NCBI GenBank assembly: GCA_016748015.1
Contig: JAAOMT010000295.1
Location: 930,001 to 994,000 of the forward strand
Direction: 5' to 3'
DNA: 64,000 nt
DNA from: Geosiphon pyriformis uo1
Lineage: Eukaryota > Fungi > Glomeromycota
Positions 37,684 to 51,163 of this stretch are shown in pieces. The number at the start of each line of letters is the position of its first letter. The first letter of the stretch is position 1. Position numbers and translations under genes: made by a program. The notes beneath the pieces are model-generated. The model saw nothing but the letters and a program-made list of their open reading frames with translations, did not search any database and was not told the DNA's origin.

Positions 37684-40600
37684 TTTGGTGCTTTCTTATG
37701 AAAATAACACAGCAATAACAACTTCAAAGTGACAACTATACCAGACACAACAACTCTAAAGTATTATCAATTGATTTACACTTACTGCAAGCAAAAATTC
37801 AACATCCAAGATAGAATTGAAATTTTTAAGAAATTACTATATCAATATATTAAAAATTGCATTAACAATTATCTTTTTGAAAACTACAATATTTTAGAAA
37901 TTAGAAGCAATCTCTACAATAATTTATTGTACTATTTATATCTGAAAACTAAAGACTTTAACAATGAAATACTTGACATTTATTTTCAAGAACTCAACTT
38001 TAATATTATTCAATATTGTGAAAAAAATACCCAGTACAGTCTAAATACTTTCATGATTTTGAATTAGAACCAGAAAATAGCAACAACAAAAAACAAAAAA
38101 AGACACTTTAAGTTAGCCATATAACTTACAGCACACTAAAAACAACTGCCAAACACTTATAAACATCTAAACAAAAAACCAGTATCAAATTATCACTTTC
38201 TATTACACCATTTCCAATTTTGTTTGCTCAACCACAAATCTTAAATTTACTACTTATTCATTTCTCATGACCAGAAGATTTTCAGTTACTTAAAAATTTT
38301 ATTTAACAGCAGGAACCAATATCAATCAGCACTAATTTTCTTGATTACTTGAAAGAAAATCAAAGTAATCATTCAAAGAACTTTGAAAGTAAAGAAACTA
38401 AATCAAAACAAAAAGAAACTACTAAAAATGAAGAAAAAATGGCAACCACTTATATTGCAAAAATTACTGAGTTTACAGAAAAAAATGCTAACACCAGTTC
38501 ACAAAAATGGCTTGACAAAGTCCAGAAAGCAGAAGATACAAATAAATGAACAGCAGCAAGAATGTTAAAAGCAATCCCATACTTTCTTTAAGAAACAGTA
38601 GGTGAATAGTTTAAAAACTTAGATAACTCTTTTAAAAACTGGCAAGCATTCAAAAATGCTTTCTTATAACAATTTACTGACAACAATACATTTATTACAC
38701 TCTAAAACCAATTCCAAAACATTAAGCAAGAACCATCTGAATTTGTTATGACCTATCTTAGAAAATTCAACAAATTTCTTTGATGAATTTAATAATTAAA
38801 AACTAATAACTACTATTCTGATGTTCAGATTCTAGATCAGTTTATTTCAGGATTAAAAAATAAATTAATCAAGAAAGTTTGCTTTTATGCTCCAGCAAAC
38901 TTAACTACAGCAATTCAACATGCAAAAAACTATGAAATAGTAATAGAAAAAGCAAACCATACTAAACTTGTAAATCTTGCTATTGAAAAAACCAGCTTAG
39001 TAGCTGAAGAAAAAATAAACCAACTTACAAAGAAGGTTAAAAGTTATTTTATCAACCAACAGCAACAGCAACAACCACAAAGATATTAGCTATCCTAATG
39101 ACAAAATCAAAACAATTACACACCAATACCAAACAACCAATCTCAAAACTTTCATTATTGTGGAATTCCAGGATATTGGAAATAGGATTGTAGAAAATTA
39201 CAATAAGACCAACAAAACAGGAGTAATCAACATTACTCTTCATTACAGCAATTCTATTACCAACCTCTATCACAAACTTATTATCTACCAAGACCACAAA
39301 ATCAAAACAGTTACTATTAATCTGCTTTATAATCAATACAATAACAATATCAACAGTCTTTACCAGTTCAGCAATATCAATCACCATCCACTTAACAATA
39401 TCAAATATCTGCTTGAAAATTGGTTCACCAAAACCAATTTACATCTTAAAATCAATTTCAGAATAATAACAACAGAATCAATTCAAACAACCAGTTGGTT
39501 CTCCAAAATTTTGGTCAACAAAGACCTAATTACTATCACACTAAATCCAGTTATCTCACAATGCTTGAAGAACAGAATTTTTAACAAACTGCACTTTTTG
39601 AAGATAAAGCTGTAGCACTAAGATAAAATCTTTCTAACAAAACAATTCTACCAGCCAAAATTGCTCAAAATGCTAATCTCTCAGATATATTTCCATTTGA
39701 ATTCAAAGCAAATAAATTACCATTCTTGCTTAGCAATGCAATAGTCAATAAACAAAAAGCAATTACTGCTATGTATACAGAAGCTGAAGTGAAAAACAAA
39801 CCAATTCAGTTAATTCTAGACAGTAAATTAGCTAAAAGTATTATTACTTATCAATTAATACAACAACTTAATCGAAATGTTGACAGACCAGCCCAAACAG
39901 TAATTATTATAGCTAATAGTATAAAAAAACCCCAGTAGAAGAAATTGATGACTTTTTTTTCACAATTAATGGAATTACTGTTCCAGTTAAAGTTTTTGTC
40001 ATGGATGCATCCCAATATTAAGCTCTTGTTAGAAACAATTGGCTTCTCAAAGCCAATGCAAACCTAGACTGAAAAACCCAAGAACTTAAAATTTCATACC
40101 AAGAACAATATATCTAAGTACTTATTATATATGGTACTTTTAATAAACAATTTGAAAAAGCTCCAATGTTCAAATTTGAAGAGGAGAAAGAAATGCCAAT
40201 TACTAAAACATACATGGTTTTTGAATCAACATTCAATTGGACTGAGAAAACAAAACAAAAAATCTTTAAGAAAACCAAAAGATAGAATGTTGTTTAATAT
40301 TCTACATTAGAACCACAGAAACAACCTCTCTACATCCCACTTAAATGTAAAGATTGTAAGAAAAAACTTTTATCAATGAGAACATGCATATCTTCAGAAG
40401 AGGAATATGAAACATGTATTTGTTACTTTTGTAAAGCATATTATAGAAAATGATTTGAATATTCCAAACAAAGTAGAAAATAGAACAACACTTCTTGTCT
40501 TACATGTGGAGATATGTTACTAGAAGAATGCAACTGGATTGATGTTGCAATGAGAAAAAGAGTATGTGACCAAACCTGTCAATATGTCCTATCAATCTCG

Positions 40601-43341
40601 AAAAAAGTCAAAAGAGGAACACTTTTTGATGCAGCATACAACAGTGCTTTCAACAAACTTTACTACTACCTTTATGATGCTAAAATAATCTTTAATCTAG
40701 CAATGGCTTTAATCAATAAAGCCACACAAGAAGATGTCTGCCAAATAAAAGAAGTTGAATACATTGAATACATTATAAAATTAGCTGAATTTAACTATGA
40801 AGATAAAGTGGAAACATATTACCAAATTGCAAGTTATACTTATCTAACCCAAGAAGCTTAAATTCAACAATTAGAGCAAATAAACATTCAATTGTATAAG
40901 GAATACATCATGCCTTGTAATGACAAATAGTATTCAGAATACTATGTTCTTAGCATTCTCTTGCCCAGCAAAAATTACTAGAAGGAAATCAAGTTTGAAG
41001 AACATAAGCCAGAAGAAAAAATTACAACAACCTCAATCTATTTCACTAAGAATCAACCAGCTCTATAACTTAAATATTTTAACAATAATAGTCAAGAAAT
41101 CAAGCCAAAAAAGATTCATAAAATAGATATTGAATATGATTTACAATATCTTGGCAAAGATACTTTGATCTTTCAACCAAAATCTTTAATAAAAATTAAT
41201 CTCAAAATCACTTTTGAAATACCATCAAGAACAATAGTCCAAATTGCTTTTAGATTATTATTGGCAAGCAAAGAAATTAACATCAAAGAAAGAGTTATAG
41301 ATGCAGAATATACTGAAGACATTACTATTATGCTACAAAATAAAATTGAAAACTCATTCAAAATAAAACATGCTGAAAAAATTGCTCAAGCAATTTACCA
41401 ATCTTTAATTAATATTTCAAGTTTATAATCAGTTAACAACAGAGAACAATTAGGAAAAAGTGAAAAAAAAACTCAAAGTTTTGGTTTAATTAGACGATTT
41501 ACAATTTCAGTAAACATAGCTCTTAATGCATAAAATGAATCTTACCAGATTTTTTGACTTCTTTAACCAATTACTACTTTGCTTTTTGGAGAACATCATG
41601 AAATCTACACTTGTCTAAAGCCTACTACCACCCAATAAATTTTTGAATCCAATAAACAAATCTGTTTAAAGCATAAAATCTTAATCCTAAATGTTTATAT
41701 TCCCAAAGAAATGAAAAAATTTTGAGTTACATTTTACAACTCCAACAATTACCTTATTGTATTATTAAATAAATTAGAAATTGAAATCATACATAGCAAC
41801 ATCTTCCAAAATAAAACCTCTTAGATTGTTTTTAATTTTATTAAAATTATAAGACATATTCTATTTTCAAACTCAAACATTATTCTAATTACTGAAAACT
41901 ACTATGTTCTAGAAAAAAAACTCTTTCAAATCAACATGGGTCTCTTAAAACCTCAATAACAAAAACAATTAAAATAGCTAATAGTTAAATTCGCTAATAT
42001 ATTTGCAAAAGATAACAATAATTTGAGAAAAACTAATATTATTCAACATTAGATTCATACAGGAGATGCTTCACCAAAATGCCAATAAACTTATTGAGTA
42101 CCATTTGCCAGCTACCAATTTATTAGGGAAGAAGTCCAAAAAATGCTCAATAATGAATTAATTCAACCATCAAAAAGTTCTTGGGCCTCATCAATAGTTC
42201 TAGTTAAAAAAAAAAAGGAAAAATCAGATTTTGCATTGACTATCACCAACTAAACAGTGTAACAATTGGAGATGCTTATCCTCTTTTAAGAATTGATAAC
42301 ATGCTAGATGCTCTAGAAAAAGCCAAGTTTTTCTCAACTTTAGACTTGAAAAGTGGATACTGACAAGTCGAAATGGACCCAAAAAATCACCCCAAAACAG
42401 TATTTACCACCCAAGAAGGAAACTATGAATTTAATATTATGTCTTTTGGATTTTGTAATGCACCAGCAACATTTTAGTGATTTATAGATGTTGTTTATGA
42501 AAGATTTTTATGGCAATTAGTAGTTGTTTATCTTGATAACACTAATATATACTCTCCAAGTTTTGAAGCTCACTTGATTCATCTGTGAAAAGTTTTTCAA
42601 TGATTATAGAAAACAATATTAAAGTTAAACATTAAGAAATGTCACTTTGAAACAACAAGTTTAATTTTTCTTGAACACATAGTTAGCAAAGATAAAGTCA
42701 AACCAAATCCAAGAACAATTAATGCTGTTAAGAATTATCAAACTCCCTGAAATACCACAGAATTATGAGGATTTGTAAGATTAGTCTCCTATTATTAGAA
42801 ATTCATAAAAAAATTTTCAAAAATTGCCAAACCACTTAATTATTTTACCAACAAAAATGTGCCATATCAATGAACTAAAAAACAACAGAAAGTTTTTAAA
42901 ACTCTCAAAACAAAATTGACAACAGTCTTAGTTCTTGCTTACCCAAACTTCAACAAACAGTTTTAACTAGCCACTAATGTTTTACACATAGCATTTGGTA
43001 CCATTCTATCACAATTAAATAAAAATGGCCAGGAACAAGTTATTGTCTATGTCAATAAGACACTCAAACCAACAGAACTCAAATATGACTCAATTGAATT
43101 AGAAGCTGTTATAGTTATTTGGGCTCTTAAACATTTTTAATAATACCTAAAGAATAGAAAAAAATTTAACATAATAACTAACAATATTGGCTTTAAATAG
43201 CTTAATAAAAAGAAATCTGAACAAAGTGCTAAACAATCTTAATGAAATAATTTTTTAGCAGACTACAAATATATTGTATATTACAAACCAGAAAAACTAT
43301 ACACTAATGTTGATAGTTTTTTAAAAATAAGACAAGATTAA
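37684..43341 (+). pseudogene. E ORF1 with Cys-rich module and dUTPase (~41100-41500)
   Basis: QILDQFISGL, LILDSKLAKS, CNWIDVAM..CDQTC, VIDAEYTE, KIAQAIY, VVYLDN. Confidence 0.9.
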
Positions 43342-43401
43342 TACAAACAGCAATTCCACCACAATTTACCAAATCTATTAATAAATAATAATCAAACAAT
43401 A

Positions 43402-45500
43402 ATAAATACCAGAAATTACAACAATATTAAAAACTATTTAGAGACTCTTATTATGCCAGAAAATTGGTCTTCAAGTAAAAAACATTGATTACAACATTAA
43501 TTAAAACAATATTTTATACACCACAACAAAATCTATTAAAAAAATTACAGAAATTCAAACCAACTACTTAAATTAGTACAAAAAAACAAAAAAAAAACAA
43601 TTTTATACAACATGTACACAGATTCATTTTCAGCATACTTGAGAAAAGATAGAACAATCCAAAAAACTTTTGAACATTATTTTTGGTCTTAGATACAAAA
43701 AAACATTTAACAGTATGTAGAATCATGTAATAATTGTTAAAAAAGAAAAGAAACTCACTCTACAGAATCTTTAAATCTAATCAAAGTTGAACAATCTTTG
43801 AACAGAGTAAAAATCAATTTAGTTGAACCATTATCTATCACAATCCAAAGAAATCATTATATTGTAGTTCCAGTAAATTATCTTACTAAATAGTCTGAAG
43901 CTAGAGCTATTTAAAGAACAGATACAAAATTAATAACAAATTTTATTTATGAAGACATTATTTGTAGACATTGTTACTCATAAAATATAAGAATTATATA
44001 TTAGTACATAAATTAGCCAATCAAAAATAGATGTAGTAAAAATGGAATTCCAGAATTTTTTTTAGAAAAATTGCAGGATTCCAGAATTACAGAATTCTTA
44101 TATGAGAAATTACAGAATTCCAGAAATTCCAGGATTTCTCTCTTCAAAAATAGTTGCTATCAACTAAAATAGAATTATATTAATAAAATATCTCTTTAAT
44201 TCTTCAAATTCATGTTATTATCTATTACTTAATCTGCTAACACAATAGTTTTTGATTATGGCTATTGACAGAACACTTATTTCTTATTTTATTTTTTTAT
44301 TTTTTTTATTTTTTTTTATTTTTTTTGTTGTTTACTAAATTGATTAAAAGGATTAAGTGCTGAGTTATTGATGTCAAAGTAACCAATAAAAGACCTAGGA
44401 ATAAGAGTAGAATACTCATAAAATTGAGAATAGCTTACCAAAAAGATTACCAGCCATTATACTGAGAAAAATATTTGACAGAATTGCAATTCTGGGAAGT
44501 TATAAATAAAACAATCATTGAATCTCTGTTCATTATACAAAAGACTCAACCAAAACCTTCAAATCAACCAAAACCTTCAGATTACCAAAATTTTCAAAAA
44601 TTACCAACACTACTTTAACTATTAAGTATCAAGTTACAGGTTTGTTATTTGTTTTTAAACCCCAAATAATTACTTGTAACAACATGGATGCCCAATTAAA
44701 TTTTTATCTAATTAAGGAACACATTTTGTAAACAATTTGATATAAAAAATTTGTGAACAATTCAATATCAAAAGACTTTTATCATTATTTTATCATCTTC
44801 AAACAAATAGATTTGTAGAATGTTTCAACAAAACATTGTGTAAATCCTTAGCCAAAGTCTCAACTAATTTTAAGCAGGAATGAGATATATTTATTCTATC
44901 AATGTTATTAGCATATAGAACACTAAAACAAAATACTATAAAACACATACTATTTGATTTTACTTATAGAAAAACAGTAATATTACCAATTAATTTTATA
45001 GTAGAAACATATCCAGTGCAACCAATCAATAAAAAAAACTTTCAAGAAACACTCCAAAAAAGAGCTTACACTTTTTTTAGTATACTGAAAGAAAAAAAAC
45101 AAATAACAATCATTCATATTAAATACTCCCAAGCTTAATAAAAAAAAGACATAACAACAAACTGCCACCAGTTACCAACAAATTTAAAATTAGAAATAAA
45201 ATTTTTTTACACAAAACTAAGGCTAAAAAACAATGAAATAAAAAATTTGAACATAAATAAGATGAATTATTTTATATTCACAAAATTTTAGGCAATGGAT
45301 TATACAAATTAAGACTTAATAACAAAATACTAGCAAAAATTGCATATAAAAATCAATTAAAACATTATCATTCCAGAAACAATCCTAAACCATTAATTTC
45401 ACAAATTAGTATATATTTCCCTTTAATTAATCTTGAAAATATTCTCCAAAATTTAGAACTAATAGCTATAATAGAATAACAACCAAACTTGAATATCTAA
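43402..45500 (+). pseudogene. E integrase (start decayed to ATA), split by a solo LTR
   Basis: INTRNYNNIKNYLETL aligns to C MNPENYNNLKQYLETL; EDIICRH|GCPI rejoins across the solo LTR. Confidence 0.87.
43972..44681 (+). repeat. Solo LTR related to the element A LTR (710 bp)
   Basis: TGTTACTCATAAA...CTTGTAACA with ACAT TSD (43968-43971, 44682-44685). Confidence 0.93.
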
Positions 45501-45638
45501 TTTTAACATTTTACAATAATCTCTTTAAAAAATACACAAAAACATAAAACAAAAATAGTAAATAATTACAAAAAACACTCAAACCCAAAAACAAATAAAA
45601 TCTTATACCCAAAAATAATTTTTTTTATTCTTTTTCAA

Positions 45639-46195
45639 AAATTTATTCTTTGAAATATTCAATAAATATCCCAAAAATTAATGTTAGCCTTGAAAACACT
45701 TCTTGACTTATTCATAATAATTAATAGAAGTCAAATTAATTACACTCAAAAAAAGTCACAGCTCTAGTAATAAACAATTTACAAAACTATCACTCTTATA
45801 AAAAAAACATAAAAAGTTGTTCTAAAAGTCAACTACCAGAACTTTATAAACAAAAACTAGAATTTAAAGCAACAAACATTACTCATAAAGCTATACAAAA
45901 ACAAATTCACAATAAATTCAAGACAGCAGCTAAACTAACAAACACTTGCTATAAACTTAGAGCAGTTTTTAAACTCTATAATTTGTTTAATACTTGCAAA
46001 AATGTCCTACAAAATCCAATACTACAACCAATAAAAATTCAATACATTGGCAAATTCACAAAACTGAAATTTCAACAATTTTCAGACCAAATCACCACAA
46101 TTATTATGGACCATTATTTCAGTGTTACAGATAGTGCTTAAACTTTGACAAAGCTCAGTTTTAAAGAAGAGGTTATATTATCAGTAGAATTTTAG
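45639..46195 (+). pseudogene. E ORF3 (degenerate, 150 bp shorter than in C)
   Basis: SQKLMLALKT...CKNVLQNPILQPIKIQYIGKFT. Confidence 0.75.
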
Positions 46196-47149
46196 CTATT
46201 AATTAACATGAAATTACCTTTTTAATTCCTATTATTAATTAGTATATATTATTATTATTTCAATTATTACTTATTATTTAATCAAATTATCAAATATTAT
46301 AATTTAATTAATAACCCAATTTGTATTATAGAAATTAAAATAATCAAATTACATAATACTCTGAACCATTTAATATTCAAAAATTTGCCAAAATTGACAG
46401 AAATTGGCCGAAATAATCAATAGTTTGTAAAAATAATTTGTAATTTGTTAAAATATATTTTTAATTCACTAAAATTAAAGCAAAAAAAAAAGTACAAGTT
46501 TAAAAACTAATACTACAACAAGTTGTATAAAAAAAAGGCTTTTCTCTTCAAGAAAATATATCTTACTATAGTATCTTATTTTATTTTTAGATATTTTAAT
46601 TAGAACAAATTATTTTTTACATATCTTTACAAAATTAAATAAAAATTAAAATATTTGAAAACCAAATTCTTAATTATTATACTTGAAATTCTTAAAATCC
46701 AACTAATATTTTAAAATTGATTAACTACCAATTTCAGTAATTTGTTAGTAACTTCAGGTCTGGATAGAAAATATTTTCTCTTGAAAAAATTCTATTTTTT
46801 TTATATTTTTTTTATTTCTCCTTTTTTTTCTTATTACAATCATTAAGATAGCCTACAAATAAAATTTTTGTAAAAAAGTTGACTTTTATAACAAAATAAC
46901 TACACATTTTAGTGAGTTTCCAAATGAGCAATTCCTTGAAAAAGGTTAACATTTACTACAATATAACTATACAAAGTAACTAGTATAAAATTGGTTATTC
47001 TACTTATAAGCCCAGCAGTTCAAATTATAGGAGATAATTTGAAGATAAATTCAGTTATTGGAGGTTCAACTACTTTTAAAAAAATGTGAATTCACAATAA
47101 GCAGATATTAACAGCATTTAAATAAAGAGACCAAAAATTTTCAGTAACA
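46176..47149 (+). repeat. E 3' LTR
   Basis: Direct repeat of 36710-37683. Confidence 0.94.
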
Positions 47150-47153
47150 ATGC

Positions 47154-48837
47154 AGACAAAATCTGATCAGAAAAAACTTTAAAAAAAATCTTCCTGGCTG
47201 TCTTAATTAGAATAATAGGCCAAGTATTTGTTAAGATCTTATTCCAATCATAAGGCTTTGGAATTATTGAGACCCAAGCCCTCTTTTATAAAACAAAAAC
47301 ACTATTAAAAAACAGATATGTATTCAATAACTTCAGAAGATATCTTACTACATTGTTACTATTATGCTTTTACAGTTTATTAGGGATGCCAGACAGACCA
47401 GCAGTCTTGCTATCAGACAAATTACCAACTACTGAAAGCAATTTTTCCATATTGATTTCTTCCATTACACCAGAAAAAGCATCATTATTTACATAATTCA
47501 ATAGCAAATATTGGCAAGCTTAGAGATCAAACATTACTAAAAGCACATTCCATTTTTTTGTTCAGTCTTTCATGATCTTATTAACACTAAGCTTCACTTT
47601 CTTTAGATCCAAAACCAAATCACTTTCTATTATCAAGTAATCCAAAACCACTTTGCAAAAGGACTGGTTCAGAATATTTTTAATTATGCCTTCTTTATTA
47701 AAACAAAAATCTTCTATGTACTTTTTAATTGCCTTTCTAATAGACACTTCTTTAGTCAACTTTGATTCATAAAACTTTGACTTTCTGTACTTTTTACAAA
47801 TTATTGACAAATGCTTAAGAACAACTACTGAATTTTTATCATTCTGAATCATGTTTATAATCATAAAAGTCTTATTACTATCTAAAGTTGACCATTTTTT
47901 AACAAGACAATTGAATCCAAGCATATTACTTGAGCTTAATTTCTTAACAATCTTGGCAATCAGCAATTTCAATCCAAAAAACTTTAAAAAGTGTCTATTT
48001 CTAGAACATTCAAATTCACTAAACCAATGTTTAGAAAACATTTTATCAGTCAACTCCACTATTATCGTCTTTAACAACCCCTATATAGCATCTAAATCAT
48101 CACAAGTTTTAGCTTTAAAAAATCTGTTCTTTACTATTAAAAATTTAGTTGAAGCACAATTCTTAAATCTTGTTCACTTGGTATTATTTGCATCTTTGAT
48201 TCTGAATTTCCAACAATTCTTGTTAGCTTGCTTATATAAGCTATTCAATTGAATATTCAAGAGATTACTCAATTTGATCAAAACTAAAATAGTCTTGTGA
48301 TCTGTATTAAAGAAATCAGAAACAAAATTGATCTTATGACTAGTCACCACTAATAACAAACTCTTATTCACAAAAACATAATTAATAACTTTCTTAACAC
48401 TCTTCAAATTGTTCCAAGTAAAAGCTTTAACTAGTAGATGCTTACCAAATGAATTAACCAAACCCAGATCTGAGCAAAACTTAAAACTTGTATTTTTTTT
48501 AGATTTATTCTTATTGAAATTCCTACCCAAAACCACAAAAGTACTGAAGTTAACAGTTTTAACAATAAAAAGTTGATCTCTAAAGCCTAATCAAACTTAG
48601 TCTCAGCAAAAACACTAACATACAAATCCAAAATTGTGACCAAAAACTTGCCTTTAAAAAAAAGCTATACAGAAATAATCTGACCAGAAACTTTTTTAAT
48701 TTTAGACACATGATAAGCCAAAAAATTGTTCATGACAATTGCCACTCTAGTACCAAAAACTTCTTGTCCAAACCAAATAAAAATATCTTTACTTTATTAA
48801 ATTTATTTATAATTTATGGCCTAATATTAGATCTTAA
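47154..48837 (-). pseudogene. LINE1 APE endonuclease and RT N-terminal region
   Basis: LGRNFN (GDFN), KVINYVF (IDY), FNTDHKTI (SDH), SKTAGLSGIP, NTWPIILI. Confidence 0.88.
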
Positions 48838-49135
48838 CTGTAAATGTTGTTACAGATTTAAGTTTGAGCAGTTCAAAGGTTCTGACCACTAAAATAGACA
48901 GCTTAGAATCAAAAATAGTCATTCTTGAGATTTCAGTCAGTTTGGTTTTGGCAAGATTGAATCAGTTGTGTGCTGGCTCAATTTTTTTTGCGAACTTTTT
49001 CCCTCAATGAGTGAATTGAGCTGTAAAATAGCTACATACAATGTTTGGGAAATCAATGTTCTTGCCAAACAAGAAAATGTTGTTCATTGGCATAAAAAAT
49101 TAGGAAATATTATTTCAATTATTATGGAAATAAAA
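48838..49135 (+). other. Inverted internal segment of LINE1 (ORF1 end and ORF2 start)
   Basis: Plus strand reads ...SSSKVLTTK...FFPQ* and MSELSCKIATYNV...IMEIK, while both flanks code on the minus strand. Confidence 0.88.
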
Positions 49136-50919
49136 CCAAAGAAAGAAAAACAGAAAAAACTTGTGAATTACCTTAAGTTATATCTATATCTAAATTCAAA
49201 CTCAAAGATGCAATTACAGCAAGAAAAAAAGATTAAGAACCAGATCTCAGAAGCACCAGATCAACTATGCTCAGCTTTCTTACAATATTTGATACTTAAT
49301 CAGCTAAAAACTTTAAGGAATGTTCCAAAAAAGTCAGATGATCATTAATTAATAAACTATCTTTGACAACCAAAACATTCTTCTTCTTATTTAAAGCACC
49401 AAAAGTAGAAGAACAAGAACCAAAACCAGAACCAAAACCATCAGAGAAAACAGCAAGCAAAACCACCTAAGCTCATGTTTTGCTACTAAAAAAAACTGGG
49501 TAGACAACTAGAGCCTGCTTTTTTTTATATATGTTTGCCAAATAAGCATAATCCTAAGAATTGAAAGTCTTTTTCCCATGGCCACCCAAGTTTTTACTAG
49601 TTAAATACTCATCAGAAATATGACAAAAATGTTTACACTTAGCATAACAGGCCAGAAAAAGACCAGTCCAATGCAAATTTACATTCTTGAAGATTAGAAT
49701 AGAACCAATAGCAGCTTTTTTCAATGCTTCATTATTAAAGCAAACAACAGCATATTTGTTATGAATATAAGAGCAAAGATTACAGCCAATAATACAGATT
49801 CTCTTATCATAGGATGCCAAAAAATCAGAAAGATTATAAGCATTGGTTCCAACTGGCAAAGTGTACAACAAAGCCTGATAAAAATCTCTAAACACTCATA
49901 ATTGTTTATCATTAATTATTAAAGCCACATGTACAAAATTTTTTTCCATAAAAACTGACTATTTAGACACAACCAAATCAACAATCTCAGCAGATTTAAA
50001 TTCAATCAGGGTCTTTTGCCAGAAACCAATTAGCTGTATCTTGATTAATATAATCTTACCAAACTTAAAAAACACTAATTTTACAGCCAATTTTGGAAGA
50101 TCAACAAAAATTTTCTTGATTATTACTTTCCAATCTGAACAGTTGTTTACTTTTTTTATATCATTATTAACAAAAATTCTCTTACCAACTGTCATATTCC
50201 TTGTCTTTTTTAAATTAATCTCAAATGTGAAAAATAATTGAATGATTCTTGGAAACTTTAAGGAAATTAAAGCCTTCTCAAATCCATTAACATAATAAAA
50301 AATCTTTTTTATTGTCATTAATTTATTACTAAAAGTTTTCTTGAGCACAGTAAACAACTTAATATCTAACATAAAAAACTTTACAGAATTGAAACTCTGC
50401 TTTTCCAGATTATGTAATCCGACCAATGACAGCTGTCTGGAACCAATAAACTTAGAAAATAGCAGCACCAAGACATTGTTGCTATCATTCAAATTACTAA
50501 ACAAAGGAGTCTTAAGAAGATGACCTAACATACATGTTTGAGTGCAAGTTTTTTTAGGTGTGGCATTGTCCAGATTTTCATTTACTAAAACATTCAATTT
50601 GGCATAACTGGTTTCTTTGGTGACCATATTTTTTATGTTTCTCAACATTTAACAGATCATTAATACTGCTTGCAACACTATTAACTTCACTTCTCCAAGA
50701 TTTCAGAGATTTGACATCAGAGCTACTAATATCTAATATGTTTAAAACATTAGCTGATAACTTGACCACATTGTTAGTAGCAACAGATTTCTTTGGCTTT
50801 TTGTATAATACACTATAAGATTAAAAACCAACCAAATTCTTATTTTTAATATCAGACCAGGTTTTCAATCCAGCCAAGCCAATATCAGAACCATCAGCAA
50901 AAAAGCTTACTAGTTCCAT
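49136..50919 (-). pseudogene. LINE1 ORF1 (nucleic-acid-binding protein with CCHC-like knuckle)
   Basis: ATG at 50919 (MELVSFFADG); ALLYTLPVGTNAY; CYAKCKHFCHISD. Confidence 0.82.
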
Positions 50920-51163
50920 AGTAACAAATAAAAATATATTAAAAGAAATAATTAAAACAAATAATAAGGAAAGAAAAGAGAAAAAATTATTTCTTTGGCT
51001 ATTTTGTACTCTTATTAGAATTAGAAAATCAATAAAAGAAAGAGTTTTTTTGTTTTTTTTATCTTATTATTAAACTCATATTATTTAACAAATTTAAAAC
51101 TGTATTTTTACAATATTTTTGCAATTACAACAATATTATCTAATTACAAAAACATTTTAATAT

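Larger units (their letters stand above)
36710..47149 (+). mobile_element. Ty3/Gypsy LTR retrotransposon E (sister of C, more decayed)
   Basis: 974-bp LTRs, TSD ATAC/ATGC, PBS TGGTGCTTTC at 37686, PPT AAAGAAGAGGTTA; collinear with C. Confidence 0.95.
26630..51100 (-). mobile_element. LINE1: APE-type non-LTR retrotransposon (ORF1; ORF2 EN-RT-RNaseH-CCHC), split by D and E, cut by A near its 3' end; 5' end approximate
   Basis: Pieces rejoin in frame across D (LKKTI|INKQF) and E (ILSA|YSKFGVL); collinear with LINE2. Confidence 0.9.

Noticed and set aside
48968-49348. 126-aa plus-strand ORF as a real gene
   Set aside because: It is a chimera of the inverted LINE endonuclease start and antisense ORF1.
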